Shown piece by piece: positions 56,601 to 64,000 of a DNA stretch of 64,000 bases (its first letter is position 1; each line of letters opens with the position of its first letter). The notes under the pieces were generated by a model. It saw only the letters and a program-made list of their open reading frames with translations, was not told where the DNA came from and made no database searches. The position numbers were made by a program, and so were the translations under genes. The DNA lies in IMG/VR virus record IMGVR_UViG_3300030419_008158, positions 1 to 64,000 of that record, one strand, 5' to 3'.

Positions 56601-57584
56601 TTGATCTTGTTCGAAAAAAGTGCCTAATTTCTGCCCATTTTGTGAATAAGTTCCGGGAGTCGATGCAACATCAGGAACACCTAGGCCGGTCTCCTTTAGA
56701 GTTTCGGGCAAAACCTCAGGTGTCTCGGGATCATCGTCGTGATCGACAGTGGAGGCAAACACATTTCCAGTTCCGTTGGAAACTGGAGATATAGAATCAC
56801 CCACTTTGTGAGCATCAACTATTGTCCCTTCTGAAGCTGTGGGTTTGTATGTGTTTGTCGACCAACTATTATCCAACCCAGATGCTTTTGATATAATATT
56901 AGAGAGATGACCTGTAGCAGGTCCTCCGGGGTGACCTCCCTTGTAAAGCTCATCTGCAAGAGCGTCTGACGGCACTGTGGATTTGGGATTGAGCTCCTCA
57001 TACTGCCCGGGAGAAGCAGGACCAGAACCGTCCGGACTATAATCATTTCGATCAGAAAGTTGGGTAGAAGTTGCTGCTTTAAGTTTATCTTTTTTGCTCG
57101 AAAGATCACTTCCAAGTTTTCCCGAATCGGATCCTGTCTTATCGATAAGGTCAGATAACTTTTGACCATCAGCATCAGATGTAAAGAAATTAGGTGTTAC
57201 GCCGACCGCTGTATTTGTCTCCTGATACGTTCCCCCAGTAAAAGACAACTCCGGAGCTTCTTTGTAAATATTTCCATCGGCGCCTCCCGTAGGGACAGGC
57301 AAAGCATTACCCACAACTGAAGAGACTGGTGTAAAGTTGGCTGGATTTGGATAAAAATCGTTTCCAGTATTGCCTCCGCGGCGGCCTGTCTGCATCATAT
57401 CATCAGCAAAGTCAGACATCTGATTTTTTACAACAGGGCTTACATCATTGCGCCCGTCAGGCGCAGGCTCGGTAATGTCTACACCTTCGAAAGTCGGTGT
57501 GGCTTTGTTCGCTCCGTCCCACAGTGCGCCAGGATTTGCAAGCCCTAGCGAAAGCGATTTCTCTTCAAGAGTTTTCTCAGCCAT
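50676..57584 (-). CDS. Giant baseplate/tail-tube-initiator-like protein with N-terminal repeats
   Basis: C-terminal FHDLRT...YGRQDP...RTINLTF...LYPQY...PVIRIRLGD...GVIT; ~190-aa repeats (DKTGG) in N-terminal half. Confidence 0.65.
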   Translation of the reverse strand: MAEKTLEEKSLSLGLANPGALWDGANKATPTFEGVDITEPAPDGRNDVSPVVKNQMSDFADDMMQTGRRGGNTGNDFYPNPANFTPVSSVVGNALPVPTGGADGNIYKEAPELSFTGGTYQETNTAVGVTPNFFTSDADGQKLSDLIDKTGSDSGKLGSDLSSKKDKLKAATSTQLSDRNDYSPDGSGPASPGQYEELNPKSTVPSDALADELYKGGHPGGPATGHLSNIISKASGLDNSWSTNTYKPTASEGTIVDAHKVGDSISPVSNGTGNVFASTVDHDDDPETPEVLPETLKETGLGVPDVASTPGTYSQNGQKLGTFFEQDQIDEVLDKTGGVSNKKGSDLFAPIKVGKAATSVQTQLGVGNIYKPDVGNTIGEYESVLSVDAVGNTIKSTAEDIGIPGEQNVRGAHSNVVDKRTPEELAKEAYDRSSGAPGLGTNTNYPVNHGDAPNFTDPNTHVQAGELDNFFKKVSDFTFTGGAYRDGESTPGVGNSFYTVDQIADLQITAAPNDLMSKAEKVGEAEGLLTEYTQTQLADNNPYDPSEAASPYSSKNTGADKDSTDQLYVKDQSTLGKFEAEASTDPVTNTSNAATVQKLLNDASSDGPTDDYLGDNREATHSNTYHPDPADTYFDSNKVGDSIAPTASGLGKVFASSVDADNDELTAETAPEGLQSSGLGVPKSTGTPGANPPGSDSGQILGTFFTQAQLNLVLDKTGGSPALKGHDIFSQTRVIEHNLHTALQLTDSSNPNTPGGEEHVPSATVAGDFIWPKSVVSSNTNDVNYPGRQPTPGVFEESPGRSPVHNAYLQQTQIAGKPTTGYLGHHPYHPQELQDGAALDPDVKKAQLEKSADTKIISGEGDAFFAADTSNIEESGLGLPSIDSAPGSDFDNGQTLGTFFTQDQVTEFIDKTGGTPEKLGSKLPESAESISEQVQVQLGQSNKFTPASKHTTNLDFVPHDVSKTSFGLEQEVTLPPGDLGGLGVYDDQGGHSFSADSISTLQLGDEGSAKLSLNTHRPEIESSMNDAPTLPKSAGPSFTDKSDLSFAQDTEMVPSPGVGPNFFTDGDYEIDKVMSSEDDAVIKVPMAKPLTSDSFDPSAFAEKVQLGLDNSQNPYVPGDAYLTGDAVGSVATFDFPAATDENAAGPEKLAAVFTAQQDLGKFEKSKAKFLDDGDEWIEAYTEIYSFAGAKSNEYGPSLSIETGPLVETPLERRSEIPITPGDEDRFFVNDQGRSIDGSVGTGLAGAAALINKDKLRTHNSDSEEDGRLGSSLVELGNPKNLPAGVPAPGKGVPTSYLDTYKEDDDPTGVMQAVLDMLKNENLYSPSEKSPFIRDSMSKDEGTATQGLFTLQRVLGKFLTAPDPSIASGGDISGTRVTADDMSHMANAALVRATGDYGGSLGLLEDLSSAGAVLANPLEQMGLAGVDLAALRFKSMATGDGASGPMAAKLRGATGNDTFMSLQLGDDSSTSTRLAVRGSGLDDSPYNGVSHSQLNNYLEPFGNGLLLDSVGMLYIGVLSIAAMMIAGLVIQEIASNVQNEKKYPKDGRNPAEMRYGRYQMLPRDEESGGGFEAPGPLQTFIDEMYAMFRIPNTDNDFGDCVGSGMLLMIGFPGNFVRDDVEASMATGVGLIDFAFNLFKSPAYYANFMRQIIMSGQRVVSAFAVLGGAPTGVGALESFFPAVDELVNSQLYQFIMISAMVGDANIKSLFGPPGVSIDDGLYDLKGLNVPLIPRAQDLSGDSKAVSNMVSVARMRQNVSRFGGNAKNPLSLSTFPASSVADSRLTGLSPIRKLEATKDNVRKMEMALDAEYMPFYFHDLRTYEIISMPAFVTSFDEQYAVNYNSINSYGRQDPVRIHSNTDRTINLTFKLIAFGPEDYTSLWYTVNKLVTMLYPQYSKGVQRTLKGDKEVSFIQPFSQVPAASPVIRIRLGDVLKSNYSTTALRSLFGYTEEAGTFKYDGMDSKKALGGLKAYKEELNKEINRLRNLALDASVGYPDAKTFGKFYDEVKAGKYRFDANGPVTVNLDGAYQEDLDTANKYGNFSGTDYVESGAVTLKSDSYLVYDSGEDREGGLFGKLGDAFGNTGKLSWKIKGTFKLYNARQSKAIKVKLKDITVLRFNNVHDRLLLRDGIQFEGDKKTAVQKAAEEKSGFDADTDTETWVTDAQKFFNENNNAIVRSFNSTRGKGLAGVITNMALDYSESTWEVDSKLGKAPKSVSITMGFAPIYDLPVGLDYMGRTRALSHPTGKLVSDRNDPHQTSFGGVYDEKELEVTANEEAYSEAIKVVEQASRRGAGPKEGPGIPGF

Positions 57585-57804
57585 TTCTTTCTCTTCTACT
57601 GACGACTTCTTTGGCAAACTCGGGATTTTTCATATTTTCTTTGAACATATCTAAAAAATTAAAATGATGCGAAAGGTCTGCCAAAAGCTTTTCTTTTACT
57701 GTAGGAGTCATATTTGTCATGAGTGCCTCAATGTACCCAGCAAGAGGATTTCCCTCTTCTTTCAACTGCTTTAACCGATTTTCGACGTTCTCTTTCTTAC
57801 TCAT
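57577..57804 (-). CDS. Small hypothetical protein
   Basis: AAGGAG SD before ATG 57804. Confidence 0.6.
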   Translation of the reverse strand: MSKKENVENRLKQLKEEGNPLAGYIEALMTNMTPTVKEKLLADLSHHFNFLDMFKENMKNPEFAKEVVSRRERNG

Positions 57805-57817
57805 ATTCTTCTCCTTA

Positions 57818-60800
57818 TTACGGTGCTTTTTCTTCCTTCTTGATTCCAGCCTCAGCGCCGACTTCCATGTACTTCGCATCCTTACCAGCTGTGAGAGGAA
57901 CTTTGCCGATTGCATTTCCGAGCTTGCCAGCGTCGATGGTGACGTAGACCTTCATGTTAATTCCGTCCATGTAATGTTTAATGTTCACAGTTCCGCCATT
58001 TTTGGCGGCGGATATTGATTCGACGACAGCCGTTCCCTTTCCAGATAGTCTTCGACCTGCCGATGCTATTTGGTTAATAGCTTTCGCGTAATCTGATGCT
58101 GTTGATTTGAACTTTTTAATGTCTGCTTGAGAAACTTTTGCTTCTCTTATTGTCGATTTAGCTGTCTTGAAGAATTTTTTGACCTTTTCCATATTTTTTA
58201 TTGCGCCGTCGAGCTTTTTACCCGTAGCTTCGGTATCTATTTTCTTTTCATTGAATATCGCGACCATTTTTGTCAAGAGAGTACTACCACCATCAGCAAA
58301 AGACTTAATTTGGGACAGCTTCTTTTTGCCTATAATAGTAAGCTTCATGCCATTGATATCTTTTATCTCTGACTGTAAAAGTGAAAGATGTGTAGTTATT
58401 TTTCCAACTGCATGTGTTATGTTCGACAGATTGTCCATTGCCTTGTCGATCCAGGCGATTGCTTCCGACATCTTCATGGGAGGCAGCTTCTGTGCCTCAT
58501 CTTGCGTGGGAACTGTGGTGTTCATCTCAGCTGCAGCAGCAGCTTCTGCTTCAGTTGTGAGAGGCATAACGCCCTTTGCTAGTGCAGCCGGAATTTTGGC
58601 TATCTTTGACGTCATGTCGTAGAGGTCACACATCAAACATGCCAGATCAAGCCTTCGAAAAAATTTCAGATTCTTATCAATAACTGATTTTAGTTTTCTA
58701 ACACTGGAGGCAATGTTCTCCAGCGCGTTGGCCGCCGGTGTAATCACATTGTTTACGGCTTGAACACCTTTTAGACCGGCGCCCTCATCTAGTTTTTTAG
58801 TGGCAAATTCGCCAATTTCGGATGCGTCTATGGCTTTGCCGATTGCTTCCCCAATGCCCAGTGCTTTTTTGAAGAGCTCTGTTGCTTGCTTTTCTACAAT
58901 TGCAGGTTTCATTCTGCTAAGAGCCTTCTGGGCGCGCTTTAGCTGATTCGGAATGTCGGAAAGCTGTTCAATTCTAAGGACTGTCTGTCTCTGCTGCTCC
59001 AGCTTTGTAAGTTTTGCCTTTTGAGCCTGCTCCGGCGTAACTTTATCCTGCTCACCCAGCAGTTCTTTGTATTCTTTGATTCGGCCCTGCACCCACAAAT
59101 TCTTCAGCCTACCCTTTACTGACGGGGGAATGTCAGATTCCAATGAAATCATCCACATTCCAAGGGCGGAGTCCATGTCCTCGACGCCATAGAGGCGCTT
59201 TGTTTCCTTTTCAACAGCTTTTTTTGCATTTGTAGTCACTTCTGTGGTGATTCTGTTTCTTTCAGTTTCGATGCTCTTTGTGAGTGTGCCGGCAAATTCT
59301 TTGTACTTTGCGAGCTGATATTGTACTCTTTTCCGCATCTTGACATTTGTTTTTAGGTTGAAGCGTTGGCCTCTGCGCAGTCCTAACGCATCTTTCCCCG
59401 TCCCAACGTATTCTCCCGTCGATAGCGCATCGGTTAGGTGCTTAATGACGTCCTTCGATTTCTTCAGCATCTCGCCGGCTTTGCCCTCCCACCGAGCCCC
59501 ACCGCGCCCTTCGGCGACGAAGGTTGCTTCTTCCGCATTTTGCACAACTTGATCGATAATATGCTGTTGCGATTTGACTTTTGCCTTCACTTTTTTCGCG
59601 ATCTCCGATTCGAAAAGCTTCGAGAACTTCATGAAATCGGGATCGCCGGGCGTTTGAATTCCCGCATATTTCAACCAGAAATCAACATCTCGCTGTGTTG
59701 TACCGTAGGCTTTTATCTCTTCTGGGGTGGGAGCTGACGCAGCAAACCGAATCATTTCGTACATCTTTTGCGGCAAACCAGCAAGTGTATAGCTTTTTAT
59801 TGTATCTTCCAGTCGCTTCTCCATGGCACTTACGTTAACACCAGTCTTTTTGCCGGTGATAATAGCCTCTGCCAGCTGCTCTACAGTCCAACCGTCCTTC
59901 AACGCTTGATTGTGTGCATCTTTAGCGTTGTGCTCCATTTCTTTCTTGAGAGACTCTACACCATTTTCGCTTAAAATAGCGTCAGCAATAATTTTATAGA
60001 TCTTGTGGAACTTTTTGCCCGGGCCCATCTCCTCAACCACGGCCTCGGGTATGGTGATGATGTCCCCGATGAACTGGACACCTGCTCTCTGAAGTGTTCT
60101 AATTTGGGTTAGTCCCAAATAATCTTTAATCTTTTTGGCGCCAAAACCGGCGACCTGGTCGGTGTCCCACTCACCAAGTTCTCTATCTATATCCTCTTTT
60201 AGCTTAAAAAGGAAGCCTGATGCTTCTGTGGCGAGCTTGATGCGATCGTCCTGATTCTTTTTGAGCGATCTGACAGTGGAATCAGCCACATCAGCGCTAG
60301 CTGACATCATCCCAAAGATTTTTTTCTGTTGTTCTGTCATATTGTCGCCGAGGATGGCAGATACTTGTGCGATACCAGTCGCCAATTCATTTGACTCTGC
60401 AATCAACCCTCTATACACGTTGTTGTGATTACGAGCTAGGCCAGCAAAGTGTTTATACATCCGATTTTGATACTTTTCAATGCTCCCGTGAGTGTCTCTT
60501 GCCAGTTTCTCAACAACCTTGTTTGTGCTAAAGAATGCATCCTGAACTTCGTCTGTTGACCACGCGCCGAACGTCAAAGAGCTCACAACACCCGACAAGA
60601 AACGCTGACCGCCCTCTCCTTTTTTGGCATTATAGGCTTCATAGAGGCCGTAGCCAATATCAAACAAAAACGGTATGCCTTTGGAAAGGGCACCCTTGAG
60701 AATTTTGCTCCCAACTGACAGAGTTCTGGTGACCATTCCTGTGGCTGTTCTAGTTGCTTGGCCCGTCACTGATTTCGTCAGCTTTTTTGCTGATTCTGTC

Positions 60801-63349
60801 GCGACTTTTTGTGCTGTCTGATTTATTTGCTTGTCTACTTTTTTATAGACATCCTGATACACCCTGTTTGCAGCTTTTTGCATCTGCTTGGTTGTCATGG
60901 TCCCATCTTTGACCATTCTCTGCATCGCCATCGTGCGCGCGCTCTTAGCAGCTTCGACTGCTGTTTTTCCGGCATATGGGTTTTTAGGGCCCATAATTCT
61001 ACTCATTGTTCCGGCCCAGGCCATCTGCGCGCCTCGATAGAGGGTGGGTGTTCCCTTAGTAAAAGCCCATGCCGTTGCCTTGAAAGCGCCCTTTGCAATG
61101 TGCTTGCCTAAAAATAACATTGATCTAGGCGCCAGCAGTGTCAGTCCCAGGGCACCCCATCCTAGCTTCTCCCAAAAGCTCGTGTCGTTCCAGACTTTTG
61201 TAATCCCCTCCCATATACCACAACCTATAACTACACCTAAGTTGTATGCGTCTTCACCCAACATTCCAAAAAGCTTCTTTGTGGGATCAGACATTGCTTC
61301 AATCATTTGCATGAAAGAACCATCAGGTCCAAAAACACTTGTTATTGGTTCAAGAATGCTTAGAAATCTTTTGCCTGCTCCGGAAGCATCAATATTTTTA
61401 AAGAGAGCTTTAAAGAGAGCTCCAACATTTGTTTTAGCTTCGCCAGTTTTGAGGTATCCTTCAGCTTCGAGAATCAGACTATTCATAAAAGGAGCAACTT
61501 TGTCTTTGATCGTATCAAAGACGTACTCAAGAACGCCTCCTATGAATTTTGCAACTGCTGTCGCGAAATCACCAAAACCTTTAACAATCTTACCAACACC
61601 AGTTCCCCCGAGACCGAATTGATCATCTAGGCTACCTGTAATGGTGTTCATTAACTGCTTGAATGTCATTTCGCCCTTGAAGAATGCCTCAAAAATAGGC
61701 TTTACAGCTCTTTCAAATTGCCGAAATTTTTGGGGCTCAAAAAATTCTGCTATTCCGTCAAGCATCGTCTTGATGCCTGGGAAGAATTTCACGAACATTC
61801 GGCCAACTTTTTCTCCAAATCTGAACATCATCTGGAGACCTCGTCGAATCGATCGAAGAACCTTTCTAAACTCCTGTGAGCGCATAATTCCTCGCTCAAA
61901 CCCCTTTACAAACGCATCAAAGAAACCTTTGACCTTGGGCATGTCCAGAACTTCAATCAACCGCTTGATTCCCTTTTGAAGCTCCTTGAGAACTTCTTTT
62001 TGGGACATTTGCTTCTTTTCAGCATCTTCAGCTTCAGCAGCTATTTGTGAGTAGCTAATTCCTTGTTTATCCAGCGCAAAGGCAGCATCGAGACTTTTTG
62101 CCGGCATTCTTGTAATCTGAGCCAAGTACATTCTCTGCTGGTAGTTAAAGTCTTTCAAGTTGTGTCCAGCTCTAAAGAATGATTTTCTAATAATGTCTAT
62201 TTTTTCAGCCGGATTTTGGGCTGACATTAGCTCGACAGCATCAACATTCATTTGGAATTGCTGAGCCATCTGAGAGGCTGCCTCTACTGTGTCTGAGAAA
62301 CCCGCAAAAGACTGCATGATGTTTGCCATGTCTTTTATCTCGAGTCCCAATTTCCTTGCATAAGCTGTAATAGGCGCAAATGCTTTTGGTCCCAAATGAC
62401 CGAAGTTCTCAACGTCTTGCGTGAGCTCTTTCATTCCTTTGGCCATGTCCTTGACACCCATGCCAAATCGCTTAGCGGTTCTTACTGCAGTCTTGCTAAA
62501 GCGAGTTAGAAATTTCTCAGGATCTTCGCCACGGGCCTCAGCAATTCCCATAAGTTCAGAAAATTCTTCTTTAGAAACCCCCAAACCTCTCTGAAAAATG
62601 ATAGCCTTATCACCCATTGTCTCGAAATGTTTTTGCAGTCGATAAAAATTGTCTCCTGCAGCTGCTGCAAGCTCTGTGAGATCTTTAAGAAGAGCAGCAA
62701 TACCATCACGACCATACCCATAAACATTTCTAATTGTAAGTCCGGTACCGGCTAAACTTTTACCGCTATGTCTTATTTTGTTAAAGGTGTCACGAACGGA
62801 CTTTCCTGGTCCTGATGCTAAATCGCCCATAACATCTCTAAGCTCTTCCATCGCTTCAGCTATGGGACGTCCAGCAGAGCCCTCTTGAGACATTTCAACT
62901 AGACTGCCAAAAAGTTTAAAAGGAAACGTAAAGAGAGCAAATGCTGTTTTAGCCAAAGAAGCCGCGATGCTCAAAACCGCACTAGCAACATTTTTAATGA
63001 TGCTGATTCCACCACTAAAAATACTCCCCAAAGAGCCGAATACTTCTCCCAGTACACTAAATCCGCTGCTAGCTTCTTCTGCAGCATCAGCTGCTTCGTT
63101 GAGAGAATCTTCCAGCTCTTTGGCAGCATCGTTGCTGTCTTTTAGCGCATCTGAGCTGTTTCGAAGTGCACTCGTCATGCTGCGAACATTTCTTGTGGAT
63201 CTACTCGAGCCAAGACTAGACGCTAAATTAGATGCTAAGTTACTTTGCGTGGAAAGAGTCTTATTTTGCTCTGCTAATAGCTTGTTTCGTTCAACTAAAG
63301 CAGCATTGATATCTCTTTCAAGCTGTAGCTGTTGTGTTAGATCCGCCAT
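57818..63349 (-). CDS. Tail tape measure protein
   Basis: ~1843 aa, helical, A/G/K-rich with hydrophobic stretches; between chaperone pair and baseplate genes. Confidence 0.8.
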   Translation of the reverse strand: MADLTQQLQLERDINAALVERNKLLAEQNKTLSTQSNLASNLASSLGSSRSTRNVRSMTSALRNSSDALKDSNDAAKELEDSLNEAADAAEEASSGFSVLGEVFGSLGSIFSGGISIIKNVASAVLSIAASLAKTAFALFTFPFKLFGSLVEMSQEGSAGRPIAEAMEELRDVMGDLASGPGKSVRDTFNKIRHSGKSLAGTGLTIRNVYGYGRDGIAALLKDLTELAAAAGDNFYRLQKHFETMGDKAIIFQRGLGVSKEEFSELMGIAEARGEDPEKFLTRFSKTAVRTAKRFGMGVKDMAKGMKELTQDVENFGHLGPKAFAPITAYARKLGLEIKDMANIMQSFAGFSDTVEAASQMAQQFQMNVDAVELMSAQNPAEKIDIIRKSFFRAGHNLKDFNYQQRMYLAQITRMPAKSLDAAFALDKQGISYSQIAAEAEDAEKKQMSQKEVLKELQKGIKRLIEVLDMPKVKGFFDAFVKGFERGIMRSQEFRKVLRSIRRGLQMMFRFGEKVGRMFVKFFPGIKTMLDGIAEFFEPQKFRQFERAVKPIFEAFFKGEMTFKQLMNTITGSLDDQFGLGGTGVGKIVKGFGDFATAVAKFIGGVLEYVFDTIKDKVAPFMNSLILEAEGYLKTGEAKTNVGALFKALFKNIDASGAGKRFLSILEPITSVFGPDGSFMQMIEAMSDPTKKLFGMLGEDAYNLGVVIGCGIWEGITKVWNDTSFWEKLGWGALGLTLLAPRSMLFLGKHIAKGAFKATAWAFTKGTPTLYRGAQMAWAGTMSRIMGPKNPYAGKTAVEAAKSARTMAMQRMVKDGTMTTKQMQKAANRVYQDVYKKVDKQINQTAQKVATESAKKLTKSVTGQATRTATGMVTRTLSVGSKILKGALSKGIPFLFDIGYGLYEAYNAKKGEGGQRFLSGVVSSLTFGAWSTDEVQDAFFSTNKVVEKLARDTHGSIEKYQNRMYKHFAGLARNHNNVYRGLIAESNELATGIAQVSAILGDNMTEQQKKIFGMMSASADVADSTVRSLKKNQDDRIKLATEASGFLFKLKEDIDRELGEWDTDQVAGFGAKKIKDYLGLTQIRTLQRAGVQFIGDIITIPEAVVEEMGPGKKFHKIYKIIADAILSENGVESLKKEMEHNAKDAHNQALKDGWTVEQLAEAIITGKKTGVNVSAMEKRLEDTIKSYTLAGLPQKMYEMIRFAASAPTPEEIKAYGTTQRDVDFWLKYAGIQTPGDPDFMKFSKLFESEIAKKVKAKVKSQQHIIDQVVQNAEEATFVAEGRGGARWEGKAGEMLKKSKDVIKHLTDALSTGEYVGTGKDALGLRRGQRFNLKTNVKMRKRVQYQLAKYKEFAGTLTKSIETERNRITTEVTTNAKKAVEKETKRLYGVEDMDSALGMWMISLESDIPPSVKGRLKNLWVQGRIKEYKELLGEQDKVTPEQAQKAKLTKLEQQRQTVLRIEQLSDIPNQLKRAQKALSRMKPAIVEKQATELFKKALGIGEAIGKAIDASEIGEFATKKLDEGAGLKGVQAVNNVITPAANALENIASSVRKLKSVIDKNLKFFRRLDLACLMCDLYDMTSKIAKIPAALAKGVMPLTTEAEAAAAAEMNTTVPTQDEAQKLPPMKMSEAIAWIDKAMDNLSNITHAVGKITTHLSLLQSEIKDINGMKLTIIGKKKLSQIKSFADGGSTLLTKMVAIFNEKKIDTEATGKKLDGAIKNMEKVKKFFKTAKSTIREAKVSQADIKKFKSTASDYAKAINQIASAGRRLSGKGTAVVESISAAKNGGTVNIKHYMDGINMKVYVTIDAGKLGNAIGKVPLTAGKDAKYMEVGAEAGIKKEEKAP

Positions 63350-63355
63350 GTTCAC

Positions 63356-63363
63356 TAAATATC
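63356..63363 (-). promoter_or_regulatory. Putative phage late promoter GATATTTA
   Basis: 6 nt before SD-less ATG of the tape measure gene. Confidence 0.6.
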
Positions 63364-63374
63364 TTAAAGTGAAA

Positions 63375-63633
63375 CTAGGTGAAACGTCTTAGTTTGGCAG
63401 GTACCTGGTCTCTTTGGAACCCGGACATGGCTCTTGAAGCTGAATCGTTGGAGTGGGCTGCTCTAGACTGTCCCCTAGCTGAGTCCATTTCTTTTACGAG
63501 GCGCTCTATAAACCACTCTCTTTGCCAGACTGGTAAATTCATGCACTCTGAGTATGTAAAGCCCATATAGTACATGAGTGTAAAAGTGGGCTCAAGAATA
63601 AATTGTTTGTCGTTAGGCGTCAGGCCAAAAAAA
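63375..63633 (-). CDS. Tail assembly chaperone C-terminal part (T / gp51-like), probably reached by frameshift
   Basis: FTLMYYMGFTYSECMNLPVWQREWFIERL; no SD-led start; overlaps upstream gene at a T7 run. Confidence 0.65.
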
Positions 63634-64000
63634 GCTAGCGCCAATAGGCAAACTCACCTCCGATTGCTCGTAACAGTGATCACATGTCATCCATGCCTTC
63701 ATTTCAATGCCTGGCTCGTTATCATCCATAAACTTTCTAAGAGAACGGCTATCTTTAGCAGGCATATTTCTAACAAACAAAGAAATTTTATTTTTATCTT
63801 CGATTCCATCGATTGAAATGATTGAATGCAAGAGACGACTAGTAACAATATTGTCCACATCTCCACCGAGCTTCTTTTTCTTTCGTCGGTCTGACTCAGT
63901 GCTCATATTGGTCTCGTCTTTGCCTGTTAAGAATCTAAAAACAACTTTCTTTTTTGAAATTGGAAGTTCATACTCGAAAGCATTTTCTCCCGGACTTATT
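63613..64000 (-). CDS. Baseplate hub assembly / tail chaperone (T4 gp26-like), 5' partial
   Basis: Frame open to window end: FEYELPISKKKVVFRFLTGKDE...PGI...CDHC...PIGASFFWPDA. Confidence 0.75.
   Translation of the reverse strand, partial: ISPGENAFEYELPISKKKVVFRFLTGKDETNMSTESDRRKKKKLGGDVDNIVTSRLLHSIISIDGIEDKNKISLFVRNMPAKDSRSLRKFMDDNEPGIEMKAWMTCDHCYEQSEVSLPIGASFFWPDA

Noticed and set aside
99-63816. All plus-strand ORFs in the track
   Set aside because: Antisense shadows of well-supported minus-strand genes; Ser/Phe-rich, no recognisable motifs
1-64000. Bacterial chromosome origin (groEL, dnaE, recA, clpP, sigma)
   Set aside because: Divergent copies interleaved with tail genes and T4-like topo, SSB and helicase; single-strand dense layout; no ribosomal or envelope operons

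Overview
This 64-kb window is part of a large (jumbo-type) tailed dsDNA bacteriophage, probably a myovirus. Every credible gene is on the minus strand, tightly packed, in the standard genetic code, with Shine-Dalgarno or leaderless starts. In transcription order (right to left) it holds: (1) a tail/baseplate block (hub/chaperone pair with a probable programmed frameshift, tape measure, a giant repeat-containing baseplate protein, LysM protein); (2) a replication/recombination block (minimal PolA, gp32-like SSB, RecA, 5'-3' nuclease, DnaB-type helicase, class II RNR); (3) ClpP, an archaeal-type GAPDH, an MBD4-like glycosylase, two-subunit topoisomerase II, ATP ligase and Fpg/Nei; (4) a ~13-kb nucleotide-metabolism cluster built around a DnaE polymerase; (5) a block of acidic putative virion/head proteins, including degenerate SOD and PCD folds; (6) GroEL, an apparently split sigma factor, a Dps-like protein and tandem small proteins sharing an MKI(T/S)KRQL leader. 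The strongest candidate for an undescribed system is the DnaE-centred cluster. It has the logic of pre-replicative cytosine replacement (dCTPase-like enzyme, a kinase fused to a truncated thymidylate-synthase fold with the cytosine-specifying Asp, dCMP deaminase) plus a non-canonical ThyX, two NDP-sugar SDRs, a SAM methyltransferase and a deoxyribosyltransferase, but no visible glycosyltransferase. All calls come from motif recognition by eye; no database searches were run.
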